Assembly (NCBI GenBank): GCA_013115145.1
Contig: JAAPAO010000017.1
Coordinates: 75,440-139,439, forward strand
DNA from: Perkinsus chesapeaki ATCC PRA-425
Lineage: Eukaryota > Protista > Perkinsozoa
DNA length: 64,000 nucleotides
Direction: 5' to 3'
Made by a program: the position numbers and the translations under genes. Of this stretch, positions 13,725-25,302 are shown piece after piece; position 1 is the stretch's first letter, and each line of letters starts with the position of its first letter. Below the pieces are notes generated by a model. That model was not told where the DNA came from. It did no database searches and worked only from the letters and a program-made list of their open reading frames with translations.

Positions 13725-14334
13725 ATCGGTTTGTTGAGTGTTGACTGTTGTTGTAACTGAAGACAGCTGCTACAGCTTTGTTCATTTTCCCGTGGTTGAT
13801 TCTGTATAGCCCTATTCTACAGGGCAAATGCTAATTATTGTTCCTTATGACGTGTGCTGCCGTAATTAAGGCAGTCTACCATTTATACCTCATAATAATA
13901 ATAATACTACTAACAGTGTATCTTTTTCGAAGAGCTTATGAGGAATATTAATAATGTGTTGAGTTAGTAATCAACAACTGGGAAGGGGGAGTGAGGCAGC
14001 ACTCATCGGCGTTGGGGAGAGAGGCTCATCAACAGCCGAACGTGGCATTTTGCAGCTGCTGTTGATGATTGAAATCAGGTCTGAAATTGCAAAATCAGAG
14101 TCTAGTCCTAAACATCTAAGCTTTGACAACAAGCGCAATAGGTAGTCGATAGTCTCCTCCCTCTCCCGCCGCTCCCGCTCTCTGTAACTGTCTAGATTCA
14201 CGGCTGTATCCGGCTCCTCATGTTGCAGTGTGTTATTGGTCATCGCACAGTATAGTGAGAGGAGGTGGTTGAATATGTTCTACTATGTTAACCTACAGTA
14301 AAGAGTTTAACATCGTTTTACCTCTGGTTTACGA

Positions 14335-15559
14335 ATGCCTATTACTGCTCCCCACCTCACGTCCCTACAAATGAGGATTCTGAAGAATCTATCCCATAAC
14401 AACTTGCCAGAGGATCTGGAGTATACCATTTACACCTACATAACACCCTCGACTAGGCCTACAAGGTGCGACCCAAGAGCATCATATCAATTACCGTTGA
14501 AGTTTGAGCCCGTCGCATCCTCGGTCATATTTGATCCCACTGGCCGGTTGATGGGTTCTTGGGAGGGTGATGATGACAAAAAGTTATCGTGTATCGGTCC
14601 TGGCTCTAAGAGAGCTTATGGTCCCTTCGGCCGCTCACGTGGTCAGACGAGTGAACTATCTATAGCCATAGAAGGTGATATCTTGCTTTCTGTTTTAATG
14701 GGCGATGATCACCTCTATTGCGTGGGTCACGAGTCACAAACATTCTTCATCACTGGAACCGTAAAGCCGCCGACGGCAGCTGGGTTGAGGTGAAATCGTT
14801 TGAGTTTCCCAAGACAGTGAGATAAAGCCCGCTGGTGGGCATCTATTTGTATTGTTGGAGGACCCCTATGATTTACACATGATGACGGCCAATGACGGCC
14901 TCGACCGCTTCGAATTCGTCACTCAACTGTCATGTTCCAGTCCAGATGATCTATTTTCGGAATACACGGATGAGGAGTTTGTGAACTTCATGGTCGAGCA
15001 TGATGAGGAGTACGATGAGATCTTCCTTGATGCTATTGTCCATGACAATCATGTAACCCATATCCTCTTCGCTAAGGCCGATCGTCATCTCTGCGTCTGG
15101 CGTCCTGGCGTGGGTGTATACCAGACCCGTGTGCCGAACATCTGCATTTGTAGATTCGTGCCTGGTACCAACGGGAAAGTAGTGGCTGGTGTCTTTGGCC
15201 ATGATAGGAAGCCCCGTGGGTTTAACATATTTAATATCTATGATGGTAAGGTGCCCGGGCGCTCATTATCAGTTGAAAAACGGTTAAGGGTGGTCTCGCT
15301 CGTCATCATGCCTGATTGGCGTGTGTCTCTGGTTACTTATAACGACTGGGCACCTCAAGGAGCTAGAGGCGTCGCTAAGGTATTCCAGCTATCTAAAGGG
15401 ACGGGCTCGTTTTACGATCATGGGTTCAACTCCCACTTACATCATTATGATGACTGTTATAATGAGGGTTATGATTCCGATGGTGAGAGAGAGCTATTGG
15501 GCCTCAATGACAGGTACAGCAGTGATGGTTATGAGGATTACTACGACAACGACTGGTAA
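14335..15559 (+). CDS. F-box-like protein, paralog A (two ORFs joined by a putative 28-nt intron or a frameshift)
   Basis: LPEDLEYTIYTYI is F-box-like. The C-terminal part is homologous to 15772-17049 (HLCVWRP, CRFVPGTNGKVVAGVF, FNIYDG). A gt..ag at 14790-14817 restores the frame. Confidence 0.6.
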
Positions 15560-15771
15560 ATAAGGATCATTATTACCTTTAAGTGTTCTCATGGTATCGA
15601 TCAACTTTAATTATTTCTCATCACGTGACGATGTTGTGTTGTCGATCGAACTCTTACTAGTATTAGAATAGTCACCTTCCTCCTCGGAGCTCTCCCATTG
15701 CAGTGGACGGGTTAGATATCCCTCGTTGGCAGTGAGATGTGCTCTACGTAGCCCACTATTGAGTTCAACTA

Positions 15772-17049
15772 ATGCTGAGACGTATCTACGATGCCGTCGC
15801 AACCGTTATCAATATGTTGTGGCCGTCGGGTCGCGGACGGCTGGGGGGGAAGCCTTTCAAGCAGGGAGCTGCTTATATAGCGGCTTTACAACTGACTCTA
15901 CTGGAGAGCCTTTCTGATAGCTTACCTGAAGAACTGGAGGATTTAATATTCACCTTCATCATGCCCATGAGAACACCTTCTTTTTGTGTGAAGAGTAGTC
16001 ACTGTTTCCTGCCCTATCATTTACGACCTATTCCTTCAAATGATTCAACCGGGCTAAATGCGCCGCTGGTCTTCGGGGGAGAAATGCCGGAGAACAGAGG
16101 TATGGTTTACCATTCTTATCCGGGTAGCATGGTAGCACATGCTGCTCCGGTGACTCCGTTCATCTACTCGGAAAATATCTGCTGTATCTCGGATGGACAC
16201 CTACTCTACTATGATGATTACGTGTACAAGAATACGGTTTGTCGTATCGATATCCTGCAAGAGACTAGCCCTATCATTCAATTCCGATTCTATGACGAGA
16301 TACGTCAAGTGAAGCCTGCAAGTGGTTATGTATTCGTGCTTCTTAGAGAGAGCGATGAGCTGTATATGATAGTGAATGATGATTACACTTATATAACCAG
16401 GTTGCCTGAGGTACCTATGTATACACATACTGATGTCTTCTTGGATGCTCTCGTTTACGATGGTGAAGTTACCCAAGTCCTTTATAATCCAGATGGTCAA
16501 CATCTTTGCATCTGGCGACCGTGCTTTGATGAGATATTCCGAGCTAAAGTTCCCGGGCCGTGCACTTGTAGATTCGTGCCTGGTACCAATGGTACTGTAG
16601 TGGCGGGAGTCTTTACCAGAACATGTAATTATGAAGAGCGTCGTTGGTTCAACGCCTTCCATATCTACGATGGGTTAGTACCCGCTAAAGGCGTCCCAGT
16701 GGGACCTGGAATAGTTGTATCCGTTATCATCTCGCTATCATGTATCTTGTTGGTAAAAGTGGTTCTATACCAGCGGGAAGTTAAACAAGGACGTGTCGAG
16801 ACTTATGCTTTCGACTCCCAGTGGCGCTTGCCGCTTGGACCTGATCCTCGCCCGCTCGAGGAAGATGACGTTGCCGATATATATCCTCCTGGCTTTGAGT
16901 TCTATTCAGCTAATCATCCCTATAATCGTTGCTCTATCAAATATAGTGCTGATAGAAAGATGATTGAATATATCAAGGAGCCTGACTATTCCAGTTCTCA
17001 GTTCGATTCAGATGATGATGATGATGATGAGTGGGCCTACTATGAGTAG
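15772..17049 (+). CDS. F-box-like protein, paralog B (intronless, 425 aa)
   Basis: Long ORF with LPEELEDLIFTFI F-box-like motif, a probable beta-rich C-terminal region and an acidic tail. Clear paralog of 14335-15559. Confidence 0.7.
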   Translation: MLRRIYDAVATVINMLWPSGRGRLGGKPFKQGAAYIAALQLTLLESLSDSLPEELEDLIFTFIMPMRTPSFCVKSSHCFLPYHLRPIPSNDSTGLNAPLVFGGEMPENRGMVYHSYPGSMVAHAAPVTPFIYSENICCISDGHLLYYDDYVYKNTVCRIDILQETSPIIQFRFYDEIRQVKPASGYVFVLLRESDELYMIVNDDYTYITRLPEVPMYTHTDVFLDALVYDGEVTQVLYNPDGQHLCIWRPCFDEIFRAKVPGPCTCRFVPGTNGTVVAGVFTRTCNYEERRWFNAFHIYDGLVPAKGVPVGPGIVVSVIISLSCILLVKVVLYQREVKQGRVETYAFDSQWRLPLGPDPRPLEEDDVADIYPPGFEFYSANHPYNRCSIKYSADRKMIEYIKEPDYSSSQFDSDDDDDDEWAYYE

Positions 17050-17104
17050 TGAGAGCTATTGCGAGGGTTTTATCAATCATTGATGAAGATGTGATTGGGG
17101 AAGT

Positions 17105-17137
17105 CAATCACCAGTACTTGGTATTTACTGGTGATTG
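17105..17137. repeat. Perfect 12-bp inverted repeat with 9-nt loop, downstream of F-box paralog B
   Basis: caatcaccagta-cttggtatt-tactggtgattg. Confidence 0.85.
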
Positions 17138-17470
17138 GATTTGCCCACCCACCTTTCAGGATCTGGTGGAGTCTCTACTTCAATTTCACTTATCATTCTT
17201 GAACGTCGTTGAGGGCAGCAGGACCTAACGTCTTACGATAATACGCTCCTATTGCTGTCCTGAACCTGTGAAGCTCGCGAGTTTGTCACTGGTGGCTTCA
17301 ACACTAATTGTAATACTTCATTACAAAGTCTCTGAATGTATTCCGATGCCATCTGCGTTGGGAGCTAGCCCCTCAAGTGTGCATGAGGTTCGTGATGTAT
17401 CTCACCAGCGGAAGATATGACGAGGATTCGGTAGACTAATTCATCCTTTTTAATGGCCCCATCACTGAAA

Positions 17471-19604
17471 ATGCCTTCTAACACCGATGAGGCTATGAGT
17501 CTGCCATCGGAGATGAAGACACGGAACGTAGAGAGAAATGGAGAGGGAGGTGATAGAACTCCAACTAAGGAGATGAACAAGATGGTGCATTACGATGTCC
17601 TCGAGCCTTCAGAATGCAGTAAGAGGGAATTCATTAGAGAAGGAGTGAACGTCAAATCCGCCATGCCAAGATTTTTTCTCGTCCGCACGCCACAATTCTA
17701 GAAGTAGCTGGTGTTATGAATGTCTGTAAGTGGTATTATATTATGTTTTTTATGATATCTTTTACGATTACCAATGCTGCTTGTTTAGAGCCTGTACAGG
17801 ACATCTCCGCCCATGCTGATGAGATTCAACGCAAGCATGCTCCTGACGACTTCCACTGGTCCCACAGCCCAGAGCTCCATAAAATCAGAAGGAAGAAGAT
17901 TTTACAGACGTAGCGACAACAACACGCTTGCTAACTTTCATTGCGATAGGCATCCCGAGATATTGAAGGTCCAAGGCCCGGACCCGCTCGCTGCGGTGTT
18001 CTGTGTGGGCACTATGCTGGTACAGTTTATCATGTGCTATGTTGTACAGGAGTGGTCCTGGCCGGCTTTGCTAATAGCAACATATGTAAGACGGTCTCTG
18101 TTGGTCATGTTGGATGTTAGTTGATAAGGTTGTGTCGGGGACGATGAACCACTCGTTGGTGTTGGCCATGCATGAGCTATCCCATGACCTGTTCTTCAAG
18201 TCTAAGATGCTCAACAAGGCATTTTCGTAAGCATAGAGGAAGAATGATATGAAAATAAATTACGAGAAAACTGCACCGTCCGAGAATCGAACTCGGGTCA
18301 CAACGATGGCAACGTTGTATTCTACCACTAGACCAACGGTGCTGTTAACCAGAAAGTGCTTTAAACACGAAGCCCGGTTCAACTCTCAGCTCTTATATTC
18401 TCTATTACTCATTCAATTTAGTCTTTCTACCCACCTATCTATCTCCCCTACTCTCCTTTGTTCAGTATCTTCTGCAATTTACCCACCGGCGTAGCCTCCG
18501 CGGCGACATTCAGACGATATCATCTCGAACATCACTCCTCCCAGGTAACGGGTGCCTGCGATCCTCACACTGTGCCGTCTGTGGTGCCTCCTTGTGCTCG
18601 TTTCCTCCAACCTCTCTCGTACTTGTAGTCATTTAACAACATTTCACCCCGTATGGGCGTGGCATCTCGGATGGATATCACAGTTACCCTTCGGCATTCA
18701 GCTCTTCTAGTTGAAGATCGCACATAAAGCAGCGTCTTGCTCTCAGGGCGTTGACAAGATAGATGTCGATATCCCAACACATGCTGAAGCGAAGCTCTTC
18801 CGTTCAGTTCTCGGTCGATTCGTATGGGCACTTTTCCAGCCGGTGTTTTACGGCCTTCGACCGATGGTTATTCGCCCGTTGCCAATGGTCAAGTATGAGG
18901 CCATCAACTGGCTCGTTCAGCTCATCTTCGACATCGCCGTACTCAAGTTTCTGGGTTTGAAGTCATTTTTCTATCTGCTTTGGGGCAGCTTCTTCGGTCT
19001 TGGCTTGCACCCTATCTCTGGCCACTTCATCGCGGAGCACTTGGAAGCAGTGTACGGCCAGGAGACATTCAGCTACTACGGACCGCTCAATCTCCTGGCA
19101 TACAATGTTGGGTAAGATAGCTAGTACCAAAGTCCGGGTCAGTGGTGTTAGAAGACGGTCATCAGATACCACAACGAGCATCACGATTTCCCTGCCGTCG
19201 CAGGTCGCAATCTGCCCAAGGTGAAGGCACTCGCTCCTGAATGGTGAGCCCAACCGTGGCGCGTGACTGGTTAGAGCTGTGTGGCTTAGGTATGACATGC
19301 CGAGCTATGATTCCTGGACCAGAGTGCTCTACGATTTCATCAGCAAAGGGAATACTAACTTGTAGGGCTCACTCCGACAATGCAATGTGTTCATCTTCAT
19401 CATCAGGCTGTTGAGCATTAGCATCTGTTCGTGTCTCTTGGATGAACTCTTTGATTCGTTATATAGAATTTATTATCTATTTTTGTCCGTGTGATATTCG
19501 ACGAAACACTTGTCAAATTACCTCCCCTCACGAACGCATGTATGCACTCCGGCATCATCACTATGATCATCAGATACTGTCGAGTGAAGCGCACGAAGGC
19601 GTGA
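17471..19604 (+). CDS. DEGS1: Sphingolipid delta-4 desaturase, paralog B, multi-exon
   Basis: [51 protein letters not shown]. Last exon [11 protein letters not shown]. Confidence 0.93.
18272..18342 (-). tRNA. trnG-GCC: tRNA-Gly(GCC), intact, antisense within intron 18227-18465 of desaturase B
   Basis: GCACCGTTGGTCTAGTGGTAGAATACAACGTTGCCATCGTTGTGACCCGAGTTCGATTCTCGGACGGTGCA folds into a full cloverleaf. Anticodon arm CAACG-TTGCCAT-CGTTG. Confidence 0.96.
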
Positions 19605-19809
19605 TTTCTTTTAAACAAAGTGCTGTCCGAGCGCTATCAGAATTATCCGGCTCTACGACAGCTCGAGTGATCCGGCTTATCGTTTTGCTGCAAAGCACGC
19701 GGAGTATCAGATTGAGTAGCACTATGACGTAGAATTTTTTCATGTACACGTGATCGATTGTGTTAACAGTGACCTGAGAAACAAGCCGTCATGAGTCTAA
19801 TCGAAAACA

Positions 19810-20574
19810 ATGACAACAATCGAACATGCCGCCCGATGCCTCATCGGTACCAACCTCACAGCGCTCATTTTGTCGGTAACAGCCATTGTAGTCCTACAAG
19901 GATGCACTTACAACGAGGTGATGCTATGAAAAAAACAGACGAGTACTTCAGGAAACAACACTCGCTCATCTCTCAGTGTTCGATGGCAAGTAGAATGGAC
20001 CCCGGTAACTCGGTAAATGTTTATTTCGAACATGATGGTGCCTATCCAAGGGTCAGAGTATTAAATGCCAGATGCTCAACCAGGGGAACGTACCGATGTC
20101 ACATGAAGTAGCGAATCATGATCCATCCTAGAGTCTGGAGGAGCACGCTCCCCCTACGGACCATCGGTAACTTCACGACGTCATGTAAAGAAGCCGCCGA
20201 ATTCGTGCGGCCCACGTTGGAGGTAATCATTAACATGGCATGCTTGGACCCGAACCCAGAAGACAAGCGCGCATGGGTAAGCTGCCGACAGATGCTAACT
20301 TATTACTGTCGGACTCTTCACAGAAATTCTGCGTTGCCGACTTCTCCGACCATCGGCTGGTTTTCCGATTTCTGGCCGACGACTCGCTCGCTGTGACTCG
20401 GGTCTACTGCTTCTCGGCCCCCCGGTTGTGGAGTGACTACACAATGTAGCGGCAGAAGGAGCTCGCCGCCCCGTGAATAATGTTGCAGGTGGCTAGATCC
20501 CGAGGAGGCTGTGGTTCGTGGGGTTGTTGAAGACGATTGTCAAAAAGTTACTAGACAGAAGGAAAACGAGCTAG
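19810..20574 (+). CDS. Hypothetical multi-exon protein with an N-terminal hydrophobic segment
   Basis: MTTIEHAARCLIGTNLTALILSVTAIVVLQGC followed by short GT-AG-bounded segments. Exon chain not fully resolved. Confidence 0.35.
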
Positions 20575-22125
20575 CCGAGCTCGGTGAAAGGATATGTCAA
20601 TCGTACAGTAACTTCGCAGAACCCTGATGATAATGCCTGGTGGTACGCATCTTCATTGTCCCCCGTTTATTTGCATCTCGTGGCAAATTGCATCCGGCAA
20701 TATACTAGGCGGTGCCTAGTAGGCGCAACTGGAATGCAAAGCTGGACATTATAGCTACTAGCTGTACAGCTGATTATCTGCGACGATATTACCATGTCAT
20801 TACCATTTGTTAAATTATTGTTGTGGTCATTGAATGCTCGAGCCAGCTTATGGTGTTGAGTTCGAAGCATCAACGACTCAAACGTAACGCTCCAAACAAA
20901 GTTTCCTCGACAGTGCCAGTACGTACCGCCCAGAGGCTGCTGCTTTACAAGTCGTTTAAAAGAGTTGAGAGTCATCTTTTGCATAACGCACGTGAAAGTT
21001 CTTCTTATAATGCATCTCAGACTCTCGGCTTCCAGTCAGTTCCAAATAGATCTTCTCAGCGAGTTGGGATTTAACATAGTTACCGATAGATCAACCACTT
21101 GGGTGCGCCTACGTTTAGCCTCTGCTCCGTGGAGGCACCCTCGCATATTCTTCGCACAGCATTTTCAAGAAGTCGTTTTCCCCCAGTCCGGGTTAGAATG
21201 TCAGCGGCTAGACCACGAAGTCCCGCGTTAGCTACTGACGATCGGATAGCTTCCTAATCAATTTGTAGACGACAAACGCAAGGTTGTGCACCGCTCTTGT
21301 GAATTAGGGGAACTATGTGAAGTATACGTTATGTACAGTAATACCATATTGCGCGAGATTTGTTCTCACAAGATGGGCCCCCCTTCTTGAAATACGATTC
21401 CATTCATCGATGGGCTCAAGTAAAGAGAAAGTTGTGCGGCGCTGATGGTAATGGAGAGACTTACCTAACGTGGACCATCAGCCGAAAATCCACCTGGCGG
21501 GCACCTCTCACTCCAGCTTCGCCTTTGGATGACGTGTTCAGGGAGAACGTTCTCGTTAGTGACCTTTAAAGGGGCGAGGGGGAGGCAGCTAAGACTGTCC
21601 CTTAGTGGGGACGACTTATCTGCTATCACTCGTGAACGTGACAGATAAAGGGGTTCATGGGGTAAAACGCACTCGCACTCGACCTCCCCGCATGCCATAC
21701 AGAAAAAAAACAACCGCTTTAAGTTGCGGACAGCCAATGGTACATACACATCATGGTCGAAGGGACAGGAGGTGTCTACAAATGAAATGGCTACACTCGT
21801 TGGCGTAGAAGTCTGTGAGTGAGCAAGCACACTCTGCATCTATATTGTATATTTTGCTGACTTGCCGCATTGCTCGGCTGACGTAATTGCTGGGTAGTTG
21901 AGTTCCTGTGACGTTCAGTCGTCGATGGATCATCCCTGTTACTATCGTGCAACAAAACAGTTGTGATTGACACTAATGAGAATTAGTTGTATTAGCTTAT
22001 AAGCTCTGGAATGAGGTGTTTCTCAAAATGAACGGGATAATAAGTGACTAGAGGAAAGGATGCATACAAACAAGTGAAATAGAGGGTGTGCGGCATTCCC
22101 ACCCTGCCGGCCATCACACCTTGCT

Positions 22126-23238
22126 CTAAGGACCGGGCTTTAGCTTGGCAACACCCAGTCTGTTATCGACCGGTTGAAACTCAATATAGTTACCGACAAG
22201 TGCACCAGCAGGAAGTTGCCAAGTGTAACCCTCCAGAGGCATGATCATAACAGTGCAGGGCTGAGCTCCTACAAACTTTCTCACATAACCTTGAGATGAG
22301 ATTTCCAAAGGGACATCCCCGTCTGGTCCGAGATAAAAGGTTAATGATGGCAGATACTTCCTTAAGGGGCAGTCCACTATGTAACTATTTCTTTTTCCAT
22401 CAAATACGATATCTACTTTCTGGCCACGGATGTTGGAGGCCGCCCCAGCAAGCGCCTGTACCAAGCCAGTGGAATATATGGATGGAATTCGAATGTAGTT
22501 GTCTCCAGTACGAATAGTGGCTCTCTGGTTGATCCCCAGAGTTGTTCTTCCTGCCTGTATGGACAGACTGCGTAGCTCTACAACGTAGTCATCAATACTT
22601 AGCAATGGTACATAACGTAATGGAATCACGTATTGTGTTGGATCCACTCCTCCCAGGATAAGTTTGCCACGGAATATATCAGATTCCTTAGTCGGTCTCA
22701 GAAAGAGAGTGAAAGTTGCCGTTTTCAATACCCTCTTGGACCTCAGCTGGTCCATTAGTGAAAACCCAGTTCCGTCGATGTCAGGTTTGAGACCAAGATA
22801 GTTAGCTGATGGGAACATCGGGGGAGGAGGGTCTTGGCCACCAATTAAACCAAAAGAGATATCATCTGCACCAAATACGTTAGCGGAGTATTCGAATGCA
22901 AACAACTGAGTGTTGCGAACCTTGAATACTCTGGGGGGACCACGAGGGTCGGAGCAGGAGAAGCAAACGAACATGAAAGTTCGACACGCTCCCAGGCCTG
23001 TGAATAGTTCATACCACTCTTTCCAGACCAACAGAGTCGACGTCGAGCCGGTATCAACTATAGCAACCATAGGTTGTTTATTCACACTCAAGGGACCATA
23101 GATAGCATAACCGGTTCGAGGGGATTCCCTATAGGTTATGCCCAATGACATGACCGTGCCCTCAGACTTGTTTGCCATCATGGCACAGATTAGGCATACC
23201 AGGATTAGTTTCATATATCCAAGCAGTTCGATGTACAT
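22126..23238 (-). CDS. Pepsin-family (A1) aspartic protease homolog with the second catalytic Asp replaced
   Basis: 370-aa intronless ORF with signal peptide, AIVDTGS, LILGGVDP and YIEF..VDNRLGVA. The second-lobe motif reads ATIRTG instead of D-[TS]-G. Confidence 0.88.
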   Translation of the reverse strand: MYIELLGYMKLILVCLICAMMANKSEGTVMSLGITYRESPRTGYAIYGPLSVNKQPMVAIVDTGSTSTLLVWKEWYELFTGLGACRTFMFVCFSCSDPRGPPRVFKVRNTQLFAFEYSANVFGADDISFGLIGGQDPPPPMFPSANYLGLKPDIDGTGFSLMDQLRSKRVLKTATFTLFLRPTKESDIFRGKLILGGVDPTQYVIPLRYVPLLSIDDYVVELRSLSIQAGRTTLGINQRATIRTGDNYIRIPSIYSTGLVQALAGAASNIRGQKVDIVFDGKRNSYIVDCPLRKYLPSLTFYLGPDGDVPLEISSQGYVRKFVGAQPCTVMIMPLEGYTWQLPAGALVGNYIEFQPVDNRLGVAKLKPGP

Positions 23239-23706
23239 GTATTAAACGACTCCGATATTCCTTTTGTCGCGTTTCGTTCTACGTCACCGACATGTGACTC
23301 CTGATCGTCCCCCTCACTCAATGGTTTCGGGTCGTCATTGAAAAACTTCAATGTAAATGTATATCAGCGGCAAGGCGTAACAATTTCTCTCGGGTCCTTT
23401 GGTGAACTGGTGCTATTCATGGCGTTGGAGTACGAGAGATCGAAGAGAGCTGAGGAGAAATTCATGCTACCATAATCGGCAAGCATGCTCTCTCCAGATT
23501 TGCGTGTTCAGTTAACATGAAGACAAATCGCGGTGGTCGTGAATGCCGTTGAGTAGTTTTGCGTGTGCTTCATCCTTCCGGTATTTTAGCAGTGATCTTA
23601 TCCAGCCCACTATAAAACGCAAGCCTATGCAGCGAGCACCGAAACCGCTGATGAAACTGATTGAGCGGCAGCACAACGTCAGTGTTTATCGTTCAAGCTG
23701 TTGCCA

Positions 23707-25177
23707 TCACTGCCTCGTGCCGGCAATCTCGGGATTGAAAGCTGGCGGCGCCGTCGCTTGCGGAAAACTAGGGGCCTGCTGAGTCATCGGAACACTCTGA
23801 AAATAAGGAGCTTCACATAAGCATCGTGAATTCCATTCCCCAACTGGGTAGGATAAGCCGTCAGCGGGATAGAACGATCTTTCTCACTTGCGTCTGAGGA
23901 TGCAGTCCATTTTGGTACATCTGCGTGGAGGGTTGTTGATTAGTAACATACTGATACCCAGTGGGTGGAGCCGGCTGCTGGTAGATAACCTGCCCTGTGG
24001 GTGCAGTCACTTGTGTCGGGTACACCTTACGAACGAAATACAAACATCAATCAATAATGGAATCCTTACCACATTCGACTGTTGCTGCGGATGTTGTTGT
24101 TGTTGTTGTTGTTGGTATTGTGATGGAGGCTGAGGCCCTTTACCGTCGTCGTAGGTGTCTTCTATAACCTAGGCAAGTTAACATAGGCCATCCCCCCGAG
24201 GCTGAGATCGCCGTCTGTCGACCAATAAAGCGCCCCAGAGCACGTACCGTAACAGTCGTGCCTTGATCTGCGAGGAATGGTTGCTGGTAACCGTTAGAGT
24301 AGACCACCGATTCCGTCTAAGATAATAAATTGTAAGAAACAAACGCCAGTTAGATACCTGGGAGCTTCCCGCTGCACAACAACATATTATTATTCCTATT
24401 ATAACAGCTATCTGAAAGGGGCAGCAGTTGTTGGAGAAGTGAACTGGTGGAGCTACGTACTGCAATGAGTGACATTATGAAAATTGGCACCCATGACACT
24501 CCACTGTGAGTGTACACCACTGTGCTGGAATGATACGGGTCATCAACCTGCAGGACAAAATTTCCCAACAGGGCCATTTCATGGCGCGTGACTTAACTAT
24601 AATAGGTGCAGGGGCGACTGGTGCCGGTATGACCATCGGCATCGGCACCACTGCTGGCACCACAGCCGGATGGACCTGGTCAACGGTGAGTAGCGAAACT
24701 GGATGACCACCACATCACTTACGTAAGGGGACCTGTGATGTATAATAGTTGTTCGCCGGACCACTCGGTATCTGATGGCAAGAGCTCCGCGCTACCACTC
24801 CAGCGGCAGCGGTTTCACCCATCGCTTTCCCCAGCAAGCTTGGCCGCTTGCTCATCAAGCTCACTGCAGTCACTGCCGTAGAACCCCGCGAAACATCGGC
24901 ACGTGAATGCCTCCTCGTTGCCGCGGTCTTCGGCCGATACTAGCAAACACGTTGCCCAGTGCTCCGTACGCGATACCTACCTGCAGCCCTAACGCATTGA
25001 CCGTTACCGTTGCACTGCTGCGCTGTGGAGGCTGACGGGTTCTGAAGGTGAGGACTCGAAAGCCACAGGTATCACGGACTAGCTTACGCATTCTGTGGCG
25101 GCTACGGTTTGAGGCTTCTGGGAGAGAAGCAGGAAAATGACCGGCAGCACACAGGCCCGGCGCGGAAAAGTACGCAT
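23707..25177 (-). CDS. Signal peptide + EGF-like domain + single transmembrane helix + Pro/Gln-rich tail, multi-exon
   Basis: MRTFPRRACVLPVIFLLL.., spliced CNPSASTAQQCNGNGQCV..FTCRCFAGFYGSDC (6-Cys EGF pattern), VPIFIMSLIAV/AVIIGIIICCC, QQPAPPTGYQY, ending ..EIAGTRQ*. Confidence 0.72.
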
Positions 25178-25302
25178 ACCGAATTTATCACAAGCTGGTG
25201 TAATTGGACTGTGGGGGAACACTACAGTGGAAAGGGAATGAAAGATGTATTCAATTGTGGTAGATTGGGGATACTTCAAAATCGAAGAAATGATTCTTCT
25301 TT

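Noticed and set aside
13971-14243. Isolated 90-aa minus-strand ORF between desaturase A and F-box A
   Set aside because: No motif or splice support. It may be a small gene but cannot be called.
12866-16662. Long antisense ORFs (12866-13327, 14951-15202, 16201-16662; likewise 53483-53797 and 62778-63275)
   Set aside because: Shadow frames opposite well-supported coding exons.
24092-24114. (TGT)n microsatellite
   Set aside because: It encodes the poly-Gln tract of the EGF membrane protein on the minus strand and is not an independent element.
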